Shown here: in pieces, positions 50,065 through 64,000 of the stretch
Position numbering within the stretch: the first letter of the stretch is position 1
Layout: the number at the start of each line of letters is the position of its first letter
Assembly (NCBI RefSeq): GCF_018350175.1
Contig: NC_058368.1
Span: 111,478,001 to 111,542,000, forward strand
DNA from: Felis catus
Taxonomy: Eukaryota
Length of the DNA: 64,000 bases
Direction: 5' to 3'
Made by a program: the position numbers and the translations under genes
Notes under the pieces: generated by a model
Database searches by the model: none
Told to the model about the DNA's origin: nothing
The model's input: only the letters and a program-made list of their open reading frames with translations

Positions 50065-51490
50065 ATAAATATGTGAATATGAATATATATGAGAACACAT
50101 ATATGAATATATATGAATATATGAGAATATGTATGAATATATAAGAATATACAAGAATATATAACAATATATGAGAATATACATATGAATATATTTGAAT
50201 ATATAAAAAATATATGAGAATATGTATATTAATAAGTATATGAATCTATGAATATATACATGAGAATATACATGTGAATATATATGAGAATATATATATG
50301 AATATGAATATATAAAGTATATATGAATATATATGAATACATATGAGAATATACATAAGAATATATATGTATATATATATAAGAATATATATATAAATGT
50401 ATCTCAATATATATGAATATATATGATTATTTATATGAATAGGTACATGAATATATGGATATATATATGAATATATATGAGAATATACATGAATATATAT
50501 GAGAATATATACATGAATATATATGAGAATATATACATGTGAATATATATCCATATATATATGAATTTATATGAGAATGTGAATATATATATGAATTTAT
50601 ATGAGAATATATATATGAATATATATGAATGTATATATGAGTAATATATATATGAATATATATGAGAATACATATGAATATATACATGAATATATATGAC
50701 AATATATAAGAATAAATATGACTATATATTCATATATATGAATAAATATATGAATACATAAGAATACATATGAATATATATATGACTATATGAGAATATA
50801 TATGAATGTATACAGGAATAATATATGAATTATGAGAAAATATATGAATATATATAGGAATAATATATATTCATACATATGAATATATATGAGAATATAT
50901 GAGTGTATATAGAAATAATATATAGGAATATATACAGGAATAAATCTATGAATAAAAATGAGAATATATGAATATATGAGAATATATTTGAATATATATG
51001 AACATATGAATATACATGAGAATATATGAGAATATATGAGAATATATACATGAATAATATATATGTGAAAATGTATGTAAGTATACAAGAATACATATGA
51101 ATATATATATGAATATACATGAGAATATATATAGAAATAAAATATATGAATATATATAGGAAAATATATATGAATATATATATATATATGAGAATATATA
51201 TGAATATATATGAGAATATGTATGAATATATATGAATATATGAGAATGTATGAAAATATGAATATATGAATATGTATGAACATATATTTGAATATACATG
51301 AACATATGTGAATATATATGAGAATGTATATGAATATATGTGAATATATTAGAGTATATATGAATATATAGTTGAGTATATGAAAATATATGAGGATATA
51401 TATGAGAATATATATGAATATACATATGAATGTATATCTGAATATACATATGAATATATATGAATGTATAGTACCTATGAATATATAGTA
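50065..51490. repeat. About 1.4 kb degenerate AT-rich minisatellite of GAATAT(AT)n / GAGAATAT(AT)n units
   Basis: Directly visible. Source of the spurious Ile/Tyr/His-rich ORFs. Confidence 0.95.
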
Positions 51491-51809
51491 TAGTTTTCTG
51501 ACAGTGGCAGACCTATTGTTTAATTTTATGCTAAATTTATAGACAAAAATCATCCATAACAGCTGTACTCTCTTGGGTGCATAGTGGATACCCAGAAGAA
51601 GAGGGTGAGGTGAGGGCCTGGTCGGGAGTAGCTGTCACCGGGGCTTCTGAGTGGTTGTGATTAAAGATAGCTGTAGGGAATCGTTTTCCAACAGACAGCA
51701 GACCACCTCCTGCAGTGGTCTCAGTCCCTCAGAGTCCTGGACACCAGCCTCTGGTCACCACTCTGCATAAGGTAGGGGCATAAACACAGATCTACCTGTT
51801 AAAAAAAAA

Positions 51810-52880
51810 AAGTAGTAGTAAAATACACATGAGACATGAAATGTACCATTTTAACTTTTTTTACATTTTATTTTTTAAAATATATATTTATTATTGAGTG
51901 AGATATAGAACACAAGCAGGGGAGAGGCAGACAGACAGGCAAATCTGAAGCAGGCTCCAGGCTCTGAACTGTCAGCACAGAGCCTGATGAGGGGTTTGAA
52001 ACCACGGACTGTGAGATCATGACCTGAGCTGAAGTCGGAGGCTTAACGAACTGAGCCACCCTGGTGCCCCTGGAAAGTTTATAGTTCAGTGACATTGCAT
52101 ACATTTACATTGTTGTGCAACCATCCCCACTATCCATCTCCAGAGCATTTCTTCATCCCCAAATAAAGCTCTATTCCCATCAAACACTAACCGTCCATTT
52201 CCCCTCTCCCTTGTCCCTGGCAACCGCCATCCTATTTTCTGTCTGTATAAATTTGCCTCAGATAAGTGGAATCACAATACTTGTATTTTGTACCTGGCTT
52301 ATTTCACTTTAGTATAATGTCTTCAAGGTTTGTCCGTGTTGTAGCACGTGGCAGAAGATGCCGTCTGTTTTAACGCTGATTAGTAGTGCTTTGTATGTTT
52401 GTTGATCCATCTGTTGACGGACAGTTGGGTAGCTCCCTGGTTTTGGCTCTTGTGAGAAAGGCTGCTCTGAACTGGCGTACAAGTATCCTTTTGAATCCCT
52501 GCTTTTGTTTCTTTTGGTAAATACCCAGATGTGGAATTGTTGGATCACGTGGGAATTCTAAGTCTTCTGTTCTCAGGATCCGCCATACTGTTTTCCACAG
52601 ATGCGGCACCATTGACATTCCTACCACCAGTGATCACAGGTTCCAATTTCTCCACATCCTTGCCAAACCTAATGTTTTGTTTTTGTTTGTTTGTTTGTTT
52701 GTTTGTTTTCCGTGATGGATGTGTAGGGGTACTCACTGTGGTTTTGATTTGCATCTATCTACCTAATGACTTGTGATGCTTAGCTCACTGGCCACGCATT
52801 TATCTTCTTTGGGGGAAGTGTCTATTCAAATCCTTTGCCCATTTTTGAATTGGGTGGTTTGTGTTTTTTTGTTGATTCCC
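51810..52880 (-). mobile_element. Old L1 3' fragment (L1MB-like) containing a SINE at 51856-52070
   Basis: Minus-strand ORFs 52370..52627 and 52545..52754 carry L1 ORF2 C-terminal remnants (LWKTVWR, DPTIPHLGIY, MQIKTT). Confidence 0.8.
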
Positions 52881-55800
52881 TTTTAAAAGCTGTGCCCAGA
52901 GCTGCTTGTGCTGAAAGGGAGGAATAGGTGGTGTAGAGGAAGGAAAGAAGAAAGAGAGAGGAGACAAAGAAGCAGGGAGAGGGAGAAGGGTCCAAGAAAT
53001 GTTTTGTGGAGTGAGGGGGAAGGGAAGGTAGCTCCTCAATTCTTGTATTCAGGAAATATTTATTGAGCATGACCGCTGGGTACACCTGTTGGCCTCTGCA
53101 TCCTGGCTCTCTGTGACTGCAGCAACCGTGCCTCCAGGAGGCTGGGCTCATAGAAGCCAGTGCTGTGGGCACTGTGCTCAGGCTAGGAGCTGAGTTCCTA
53201 AAACCTGTGCCCACTTGGGCATGTTACACGACATCCCTGAGCCCCAGCTTCCTATCTATAAAGTGAGACTAAGAAGAGAAATAAAATATGTACAGGATAG
53301 CACAGAGTGAGATACAGCCACATGACCCAGACAGCCAAAATGGCTTTCCTCCACCCCAGTCCCAGTGCAGTTTCCTGCACCTTGACTTGCTCCTCTGCAG
53401 TGTCTCTTTTCCCAGGGTCAGCACCCCCAGCCTGGCTGGGCTCTGGCGGCTGCATCTCCTGAAGTTCTTATAGCCATTCAGTAGGTGGACACCTGCTCTG
53501 GGCAACACCAGTCAATAGGGAGGCACGGTCTAGGGCCCTGCAAAGGCAACATAGGAGTGTGAACAGTGGGGTTCCAATGGTGAGAGGTGCCAAGGAGGCA
53601 GGCTAGCAAGGGCTGAGAGGCAGCCTAGGAGGGCTTCTAGAAGGAGGCAGACAGGAAGCACGCATCTAGGAAATGATAAGTTTGTAATACTGCATGAGAC
53701 AGAAGTTTGGATTGAATGGTTGATACTCCAGGGCCCTGCCTTCGCCAGAGAGTTTCCCTATGCCCTCATGTGCTCACTCCATTCTGCCGCCCTCATCCTG
53801 GGGCTTCCTCAGTCCCCCTGTCACCTGTGCCATCTGCTGCTGTCCCCTATAGCCAAGTGAGCTCAGTGAAGGCACATCCTGGGGCCTGGGGCCTTTTCCT
53901 TCTCCCTCCCAGAGCACCCCTGAGCTCAGCTTCTTGCCAGGAATCTATATGAATTATAATTGTTTATCTCTCTGCCCCTCCCCCTGCCACTGCCCAATAC
54001 AAATATCAAGAGAGTATAGTGTGCAGTAGATACGACCATGGACCTGGGTCAGAGGATCCAAGTGACGTCCCAACTCTGCCTTCATTAACTGTGTCATTGC
54101 AGGTGAGCTATTGATTCCCTCTGAGCCTCAGGGTTGAACAGCGTAAGGACAGGGTACCCTTCCTGCCTGTGAGGAGTGAGCACTGTAATTGTTATAAAAT
54201 GCATCATGGGGCCTGGCACTCTGTAAGGGCCTGATGTTAGCGGTAAGATAGCAGAACACAAAAAGAAGTGTCCGGGCCTCTTTATCCCATGATGCAGGGA
54301 GCCCTTAGAGCAGAATTCTGGGGTGACTGGCCCCTCTGCTCCCCCGGCTCGTGTCTCAGAGTACTGACTGCCAACGTGCCTCTCCTCAGGACCAGTGGAT
54401 GGCAGGGATTGGACACAGTTCCTCTGGGCCTCCCAGGGCCTGGCCATAGGACACCGGTCTGGGTTCCTGAGGGTCCAAGTCCAGGATGGGTCCCAGGGTG
54501 GGATGCAGTGGGGAAGACATTCAGCAGGACAGTCCGTCATGAATCACATTCACAACACCCAGCAAACCTGGAGGGAAAACCAAGTTGGGCCCCAAACGAC
54601 ACTTTCAGAAATGACCTGTTGAGAAACTTAGAGAAGCGTTATTAATGTGGAAAGTGGGGAACAGGGCCCTCAAGGGGAGAGGCCGGATGTGCCATTTTAA
54701 CAACAACATCACCAACACCATCAGTAATAACTATATGCCAGCACCACAACCAATGCCTTATGTGTTATCTCCTTTAATCCTTTAAACAACTGTGTGAAGT
54801 GATTGTTATTCCCTTTTATGGAAGAGGAAACAGGCTCACAGACGTTAATTGTCTCTTGTCCAAGGCAACTCAGTAGTGGAGCCAGAACTCAAACCCTTGC
54901 TCTCAAAGACCACACTGAAGCTTCCTATGGATGCCAGAGCCAAGAAACTGGCCCAGGAGATGGGGAGTTCATGGGCATAAACCACCCTTCCTCTCATTTC
55001 CCACGCTGGCTCTCCTGTGATTGAGGCCTGCTGCTATCTGCTGCAATCTCACAGGAGAGCAACAGACTCAGGCATGTGGAGCCGAAGGACAACACAGAGC
55101 CACCTCCAGGGCCTCGACTCCCTGGGCAGTGCCCCCTTCGAGGCAGACCTTCCAGCTGTGACTTCTTCACCCTTCTAGATGACTCTGCCAGCTGCACTCA
55201 GGGATGCCGTGGCTCAGGCGGAGGCCTGCAGCCTGGCTGGGGCCATAAAGCTAGGGGAGGTAACTCGGTTCCTCAATGACCAGGCACTCTGGAGGTTGTG
55301 CACTTGGCTTTGGTGGCCCAGAGTGTCTGCAGACAAGTGCTGGGCACCAGCCTCTTGCTTCCTGTTTCTAATTCATAACCTCTCTAAACCTGCAGCTGCC
55401 CTTTGGGGCTTTCAGGACCAAGTGAGACCAAATCTGCTTTTCTGTTTCCTGGGGTTAGTCCTGTGTGGCCAGTAGAAATCACTTATCTCTTCAAGGTCAA
55501 ACTCTGCCTTCTGCCCACCATGTTGCCCACGGTGCTTGGCATGAGGTAGTCCAATGCAGAAGGTAGAGTGGGAGCTGACTGGGCTTGGATCTACTCCATC
55601 ACTCCTGCTCTGGACCTTGGGCAAATGACCTGACCTCAGGGACTTCATCAGAGAAATGGGATAATGAGAACTCTTCCTCATAGGGTTGTTGTGCAGGTAA
55701 AGGGGCCAATCAGCGAGGAGTGTACACTTAGCCCTGGGCCCTGGACCCCAAACGGGCTCAATAAATGGTAGCGCTTACCCATTAAGACAGAGACAGAGCC

Positions 55801-57857
55801 ACCTCTCCAGAGCAGCCTTGCCAGACAGAGCATCCTGTTAAAAGCAGGACTCTCATTTTTTTTTTCTTATTCACAGCACCCTGTTCTCTTTCTTCAAAAG
55901 CACTCAGCTCAGTTTGTAATTATACACATTTTTGTTTACTTGTCCATGAGAGCAGGGACTGTCTGTTTTCCAGCACTCGATCCCTAGCACCGAGAGCGGG
56001 AGCACAGTAAATGCTGCATCAATGAATGACACCCCCTCCCCAATCTTCTTTAGGCAGAGCAGGACTAGGACCTTCTTTTTTTTTTTTTTTTCAGAGGATT
56101 GGGCTTCCAGAACCCCATATATTTCTCAGCCTCCCTTCAGAGATGATTCTGTAGATGGTGCAGCTGGGAAGGGCTGGCTACTATCTGCAGCCACAGGAGA
56201 GCTGGGGGGAGCCCGACCCAGGGTCTTACACTCACCTTGTTGGCCATGGTTCTTGCTGGATGATGAGGTCATTCTGGGATTGCTTCTGCCCTGCCGCCCA
56301 TCTGCAGCTGTTTGGTCTGTGGCCCCAAAGCCACACTGAGTCTCTACCAGAGCCCCTCGTTGGCCTGGCCGAGTCACCTGAGGCGGGGCCTGACTTCCAG
56401 GAGAGGCCTCTCTGCCTCCCTTTTTCCTCCAGTCCCATCTCCTAGGTCTCTCCTGCCTTCTGCCCTCAAGAGAGACCAGGGCCCCCTGGCCTTGGCAGAT
56501 GTGTGAGGCTGGGGGAGGCACTCTGAGTCCAGATGTGATTATGTTTATGTTTCCAGAGAATGAGGGGTCAGAGCTCTGGACTGGAGCCGTTGGGGGAGGG
56601 GTGGTCTGGCTCCAGCCCCCTGCCCCAGCCTTCCCTCCACCCACCTCCCTCCTCTAGCCTGTGTATCTGGCCCTGTCCTTCTCAGAACCCCACAATGCAA
56701 ATCCTACAGCATCATCCTGGGCCATCCTCCATTCCTCATCTTAATGTGGGAAGACCAGAGGAAAGATACTTTGGAATCTAAAGACTGTTGACTCTCTGTG
56801 ATCTTGGCCCAGTTGCATGACATGATGAAGTCTTGGTTCCATCATCTGTATAATAGGGACAACACTCCTGACCTCAGAGGCAGGGCTGATCTGGTTTGTG
56901 AATGTGTGCACAGGGCTCTGCAGCTATTAGCTCACGATCAAGCCCGTGGCTGTGCCCCACTCCCGTCTAGGGCTTGCCTGGGTCCAGCTCCAGGGCAGCG
57001 CCAATCCTAGTCACAAGGTGATTCTAAAGCAGAATACCAACCCCTCCTTCCTCCCCCGCTGCAGCTGCAAACATTTTGTTTTGCCATTGGAAGTGACTTA
57101 CTTAAGGGAAGCAGAATTTTACAGGCAGTTTACAGGCTGGTCTTGTTCAGTAGTTTCCAAAGCCTGGGGAGGGTGGAAGTGCCCGCAGCCTCCTTCCAAT
57201 AAGTTGGGGTGGAAGGGAAGTGAGAAGTTAATTCTGTGTGATGGTCACTTTCTCCAGCACAGCTATGCCGGATGCCCCTGAGTGTCATTTCAGGAGGGAA
57301 AGGCTGAGGGAGGCCCTGGCTAGACACCGGCTGATCCTGCACCCTCAGTCCGCCTGGAGCAGTTAGGGCAGGGCTCCAAGGTGGGAGTACTGGGCCCACA
57401 GGAGGAAAGGCAACTCCCGGACCAAGGGGGCTCTCAGTGGCCCTCACCCCAACTCCCCCGGTGAATAAGGGCCACGAAGCACCCTGAGGGCTTCGGGGGT
57501 CCCCGCAGACATAGCTTGGGAAGAGCCTGCAGAGCCCGGCTGCCGGGGAAGTGGGGGTGCTGGCTAGGACGGCTGAGCACAGCGCTGAGGCTGAGCGGCC
57601 CAGCGGGTGAGCGCCTGTTGGGCGCGGACTCGGAGCCCGGAGCGCCAAATGGCGCCCTCTCGGGAGCCGGGCAGAGCAGGTCGGGAATTGCGGTGGGAAG
57701 AGAGGGCACCTCCCTTTCCACTGAAGGGCGGCTGCCTAGGCTCCTCTCTTTAACCCTCAGGACCCGCGGTGGCGGCGTTCCCTTTCTAACCCGCCTCCCT
57801 CCCCAGTGGAATGAAGCAGTCGGGGCTCGGCAGTGGTTAGCACGCTTGTACTATGGT

Positions 57858-57863
57858 TTTAAT
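57858..57863 (-). terminator. Probable PITX1 polyadenylation signal ATTAAA (3' UTR about 1 kb)
   Basis: TTTAAT on +, inside the AT-richer patch 57840-57945 of an otherwise GC-rich UTR. Three TGTA (CFIm-type) motifs lie upstream on the - strand. Confidence 0.7.
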
Positions 57864-58841
57864 AGACGTACATGGACAAGTCGATATAGACAGATTTATA
57901 ATTCTATACAGTCAGTCCGACATACACAGGGACGCTGTAAACAGGGGCGCGGGCCGGAGAGCGGGTGTGCAAAGTGGGCGCGGCGCGGGGACCCTGGCCG
58001 CGCCCCGAGCTCTCCCGGCTCGACTCTTGCACGGCGGGCGGTGAGGAGGGGGCTCTTCGCCGGGCCAAGGGGGCCACCTCCTAGCCTGGGAGCGGAGCGG
58101 AGGACCTGGGCCTGCGGCGAAGCTCGGAGGCCGGGTGCTCGGGAGACGAGCCCACCCCGTTCTCCTGCCACGTCCGCACCACCAGCTGCGTCTCCTTAGC
58201 CTTAAAAGAGGACTCCGGGGCTCTGGGCGGCCGACGGCTCTTCCGGGCGCGCCGCGGCCGCGTGCGGCTCCACAGCGAGTCCCCGATCCCAGGCTGGGCA
58301 CCGTCATCCCCGACCCAACGGCCGCTCCAACTCGGATCCGAATCGAGCTAAGGTACGCTCGGCCGGGGTCAGCTTGGAGGGGGCACCTCGGTTCGTACGG
58401 GGCCGGGGCCAGCCTGCCCGGGCTCCGCACGTCCAGTCCGCAGGCGCGGCCACTCATTCCGGGTCCAGCGCGGCGGGAACGCGGGCTACGAGGGCGTCCT
58501 CTCCGGACCGCCCGCCTCCCGCGCCGCGTCCCCTCCGCGCAACGGCCCGCCGGGGCCCGAGGGAGCCAACACACACCACCCGCGCCATCCCGAGGGAAAT
58601 TGCAACTCATCCGTTTTTTTTTTTTCGCAGCACTTTTCTCCGACGTCTTTTTGTTTTGTTTCGTCTCGTTTGGGAGGGCAGAGTGGGGTCCAGAAAAGCA
58701 AACACACAACCAGCCCGGAGGTGGGGAGGTGGGGAGGAGGGGGCTGCGCGGGCGCGGGGGCCGCGGCGTGGCGAGGTCCTCCGCGCCGCCCCCGCCCCGG
58801 CGCCGTGCCGGCCGCGGGCCCGCGGGGCCTGGCGGGGGCGG

Positions 58842-59408
<567 letters not shown>

Positions 59409-61299
59409 TCAGGGCTGCCGAGCGCGGGAAGTCCCCTCCACCTCCACTCCCTCCACCGCCCCCCCACCCAGCCCTCCGCCGGGTTCCTTCTCTCCGAATT
59501 TCGTCCTTTTTCTCCGATATTTCCGCCCCTGCAGCCTCTCCTTAATGGTTCCTTTCCTGTCCCCAGAAAACATTCCTCTTTCCCCTTTTCTGATCTAGAT
59601 CCTCTCCCCCCGAGTTAAATCTATTTTCTCTTCCTAATCCGGAGCGATCCTCTTTTGTTTTAGCAAATATTCGTTTGCTTTCTTCCTCTCTCAACCAGTC
59701 CATCTCCGGCCTTCTCCTCCAAACGGGTCCCGGTCTGTCTCCTAAATATTCCATTCTTTTTCTTCTCCCTCGAATACAAAAGGTATTTCTCTTCCCAGAA
59801 ATATAAGATCTCCCGACTCCCTTCATTCTTCATTCTATTTTTCACTCCTCAAATAATCTGTTTCCATCTTTATCGGGAATGTTTGATATGCCCATTTCTC
59901 CTCCAAACGTTTATTTTCATTTGGTCCACCCCGCTATCTGAACTATCCCCCCCAGTCCATTTTCTCTGTTATCCCTCATTTTTGATCCTTTTGATTCTTC
60001 CTCAGATATTTAAGTTTCTTCCCCGTCTTTCCAAATATCTGACCATTACTGTTTCTTAAATAGTCAATTCTTTATTTTCCTCAAATGTTTGATCCTTTTG
60101 CCCTCCCTTAAATGTTTCTCTCCTGCTGCCTAAATATATGCCAAATATGTTTCTCTGCAAATATTTAATTTCCGTTCACTTCTCACTAGTTTCTCTCTAA
60201 TCTCCCCTCCACTTTCTCCCACAATTTAGTAAGAACTTCTTCTTTCCCAACTCTTGGTCCTTGCCCATCCTCACCTATCCTCCCACTGTATGACCTCTAC
60301 CCTCCTCAGCCCTCCTCCAACCCTGGGCTGAGTTTCCTGAGCTAGGCTGTGGGTCCCCTGCATCTCAGCCTTTTCCAGTCCCCCACACTGACATTGCCTG
60401 ATTCCACCCCCACACCACTCCTGCCACCATAAACCCAGGCAGGATTAGTGAGTTCAGGATTACTGAGTGCTGTCTTCACTCGCGTCCCACCGGGCTGGCT
60501 AGCCTGACGGGAGGGGTGAGAGCTTGGGTTATAGGAGGGAGTCAGTAGGCCAGGTAGCACTCTGGGCTGGCTTGGGACTTGCTCACAATATCTGATTAAA
60601 TATTTGCACACCCACAGAAGAAATGATTCTCTTGCTGCTCTGGCAAGAGAACATCGAATCTCTTGCTTTTACTGGGAACCAAAGGGCGAGGAGAGGGAGT
60701 GTGCAGACATCATGTGGTCATGGCTCAGAGATCTTACATCTCCAAAGGGACCCAGCCTGGGGGTCACTCTGGCACCAGAGCTGCTCCTCCTTCACCTGAC
60801 CCCAGCCCTACAGGAAAGGGCATGAGGGAAAGGGTCGAGCTCGGCACTGGCTGAATGACTGGAGAGGAGTCAGGTGGGGACTATACTGAGATTCAGGAGA
60901 AGCAGGCTGTGGTTGGATCACCGCCCCAGGAAGTGTTGAGACCCCCAAGCATAGGTACCCTTCAGGCCTCTCCCAGGTTGCCAGGCAAGATCTGCCTTTC
61001 CCTTTCGTTTTCAGGGGAAGGCGCCAGCAGGTCCGGAGGTCCTCATCAGCGGGGAACCCTCTGCGCAGTGTAGGGTAGTAACACCCCAGAGGGCCCTGGG
61101 CCCTGGGCCCTGCAGGGCAGGGGAATGTCCCTTGGGGCCACGGATCTTGGGGTGAGGCTGCAGGAGAGCCCGAGGGTCAGGTAGGACTCGAGGTGGGCAG
61201 CAGCCAGGGTCACTAATCACCAACGGGCTTAGCAGCAGCGGGGCCTAAAGTGGAATCCTCTCCGGTGGAGGGAGGGAGCAGGTCTGAGTGGTGCCAAAG

Positions 61300-61900
<601 letters not shown>

Positions 61901-63059
61901 CTCAGGCTCAAGCCTTACTGCTTATGTCACCCGCAAATGTATGACAATTTGAGGGCTCTTGGGCGTCTAAATCTGGGGGTCTCTGCTTTCCTGAACTAGG
62001 ATCACATCTTTCTAGCCCAAAGCTAGTGGGTCCATGGAGCACGAACCAGGCTGTGGCCTGCAGCCCCTGCACTTTCTTCTCCCCAGGGCTGTGTGGGAGC
62101 CACACTGGGCAGGCACAACACAGCTGTGTTCTCGGCCTTAGCTCCAGGCCTCAAGTCCCAAGGCCCAGAAAATCCCTCAGGCAGCAGCCCAGACCGACAG
62201 ACTCTGTCTAGGTGACCTGGGGCTCTAGCCTCTCTCTCTTTCAAGCTACACAAAATACATTCAATCATAGACACATTGAAACAAACGACAAAAAAATGAA
62301 AACAAAACACAGAAGCCCAGATAAACTCAATTCTGTGCCTAACACCATAGAAAGGGTCACAAACTCTTAAAAATAGGCACATAGGGACACAGGGCAAATG
62401 CAAATTAAGAAGCCAAATACCTCCGTGCAAACACACCCTTAACTAAATACAGTGCTGCATGTGTATAAACTCCAGGCAGACACAGGCATTTATTTCTTTG
62501 AGATTAAAAAAAACCACCACCACCAATTTACTGTACTGTTGTAGATAGATTTTTTAACCCCTTCCCAATAATCCCCTTCTAGAGATAATTTTTAAATCCC
62601 AGGAAAATACAACACTATAGTTAGGTAACTGAAATTACCAAAATAACACCACTGCAAATGGATTTTGAAAAAATCCTGTAGAAACGCGCCATTTTGGATT
62701 GACTTTTAAAAATCTCCCCAAGAATAATGTTGCACGTAGCTATTTTAAATTCCAGAGAAATATGCCTAGTGTAGTGATTCTTTCTATATTGAAAAATACA
62801 GTTAAAATGTTAAATATATCCACAAAGATTTGGTTTTAAAAAGCAATCTATAACTTTATATTTCTCTGGATCTTAAAAGTAAAAACCAACCAAAGGCCAC
62901 GCTTAAAACTTTTGAAAACAAAAGTACAATCCAGCGTTGATTGTTTTTAAGTCAAGCAAACAGAACCTCTCAGAGAAAGTCACTTAGGGATGCAAAACAG
63001 AAATAAATAGAGATTAAAAACGTGTAGAGAAACACTCAGCGGTGGATTAAGAAACGGAC

Positions 63060-64000
63060 ACAGCAGAGGCGCCCACGGCCCGGGAAGCAGAGAGCTCTGC
63101 GGCAGTGCCGAGTTAGGACGCCGAGCCCGGGAGCCAAAAGGAGACCCTGGAGGCCGGGACCGGCCGAGGATTAGTCGCGCCACTGCCCGCACCGCCCACC
63201 CGCCGGCCCAGCTCGCGGCCAGCCCGGGGTGGGTAAAAAGCTTGAGCTCGGACAAAAAGGCAGCGCGGAGGGAGACTTGCCCGAGCCGAGTCGGGGCCCT
63301 GGCTGGGCGGCCTGGCGCTGCCGCGTCCCGCGGCCCACGTGGGGCCTGTCTCCCTCGATTAGGGGGTCCTACTCCGAGCCGGGCCGAGCCCCTCGGCCCG
63401 CTCGCCCTCGCTGTCCTGTGTCTTCTATTTACTTGAAGTTGTCCTCCCCCCGCCTCCCAGTGTGTTTTTCTGACTTTTCCCGCCACCCCTTCTCTTCGAT
63501 TTCTCCCTCTCGATCGTCGCCCACTGCCTGTCGGGGTGTCTGTCCCATCTCTGTCTCTCTGGGCACTTTCTGTCGCCCGCCGCCCCATTCCAGTCTCGAG
63601 GGACTCCCCTCCTGCGGTCGGAGAGGCCCTTGGGCACCCAGTTGCGCAAACCGAATTTTTTCCCCGTTCTGTTTGCTGCGGATCCAGAGGGGCTGTCAGT
63701 CCGACCTTCCCTCCCGTTGTAGGTTCGAGCATCTGCCGGTCTCTTGGCGCGTGGGGACCGGGTGGAAGTAAAGCACTGAATTTCGATTTATAAAGCGTGT
63801 AAATTTCTGCGTACACCCCCCCCCCCCGATCGAGAACGGGAAAAGAAATGGTCGTGACGCCCCTGGAGCGTAGAGGGAGACTGACGGCGCGGCGCGGGGG
63901 CCAGGCCCTGCTCCCCGCTCCGTGCGCCCGGCTCGGCTCCGTGCGCGCCTCGCGGGGAGCAGCGCTTACCTGGCAGCTCCGTGTCGGACGACTCGCTGGC
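63060..64000. promoter_or_regulatory. CpG island in PITX1 intron 1 / exon 1
   Basis: Dense CpG and high GC, continuing off the window. Confidence 0.85.
63970..64000 (-). CDS. PITX1: PITX1 coding exon 1, 3' end only (ASESSDTELP); runs off the window
   Basis: Reverse strand reads GCC AGC GAG TCG TCC GAC ACG GAG CTG CCA G|GTAAGC. Phase 1 matches exon 2. Confidence 0.93.

Noticed and set aside
49876..50089. Repeat-spacer-repeat pattern superficially like a CRISPR array
   Set aside because: Mammalian DNA, only three diverged copies, linkers resemble each other, and there are no cas genes. It is a tandem repeat.
50246..51553. Several Ile/Tyr/His-rich ORFs up to 255 aa
   Set aside because: Translations of the AT-rich minisatellite.
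62980..63816. 278-aa and 180-aa ORFs in PITX1 intron 1
   Set aside because: GC-rich stop-codon scarcity; no splice or homology support.

Overview
Mammalian (felid) genomic DNA, not microbial; the felid call rests on felid-type Can-SINEs and a felid-type L1 3' UTR. The window holds the complete 8-exon CATSPER3 sperm calcium channel subunit gene on the + strand (CDS 5018-36958, 400 aa when spliced by hand, all introns GT-AG). About 21 kb downstream lies the convergently transcribed 3' part of the homeobox gene PITX1 on the - strand: the end of exon 1, exon 2, exon 3, the 3' UTR and CpG islands. CATSPER3 intron 2 (about 19.9 kb) is mostly nested, decayed L1 elements studded with Can-SINEs. A 5'-truncated felid L1 with a perfect target-site duplication (TSD) and an unusual 2.3 kb AT-rich/CpG-rich composite lie between the genes. 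I found no evidence of a new multi-gene system. The best leads are an Asn-to-Ser change at the conserved S6 position of CATSPER3, an upstream in-frame ATG, a candidate PITX1 downstream enhancer, the odd composite at 49.2-51.5 kb, a cryptic 26-27 nt periodicity in PITX1 intron 2, and two SINE-in-SINE insertions at the same host position. Repeat subfamily names and human protein comparisons come from memory, and old-repeat boundaries are approximate.
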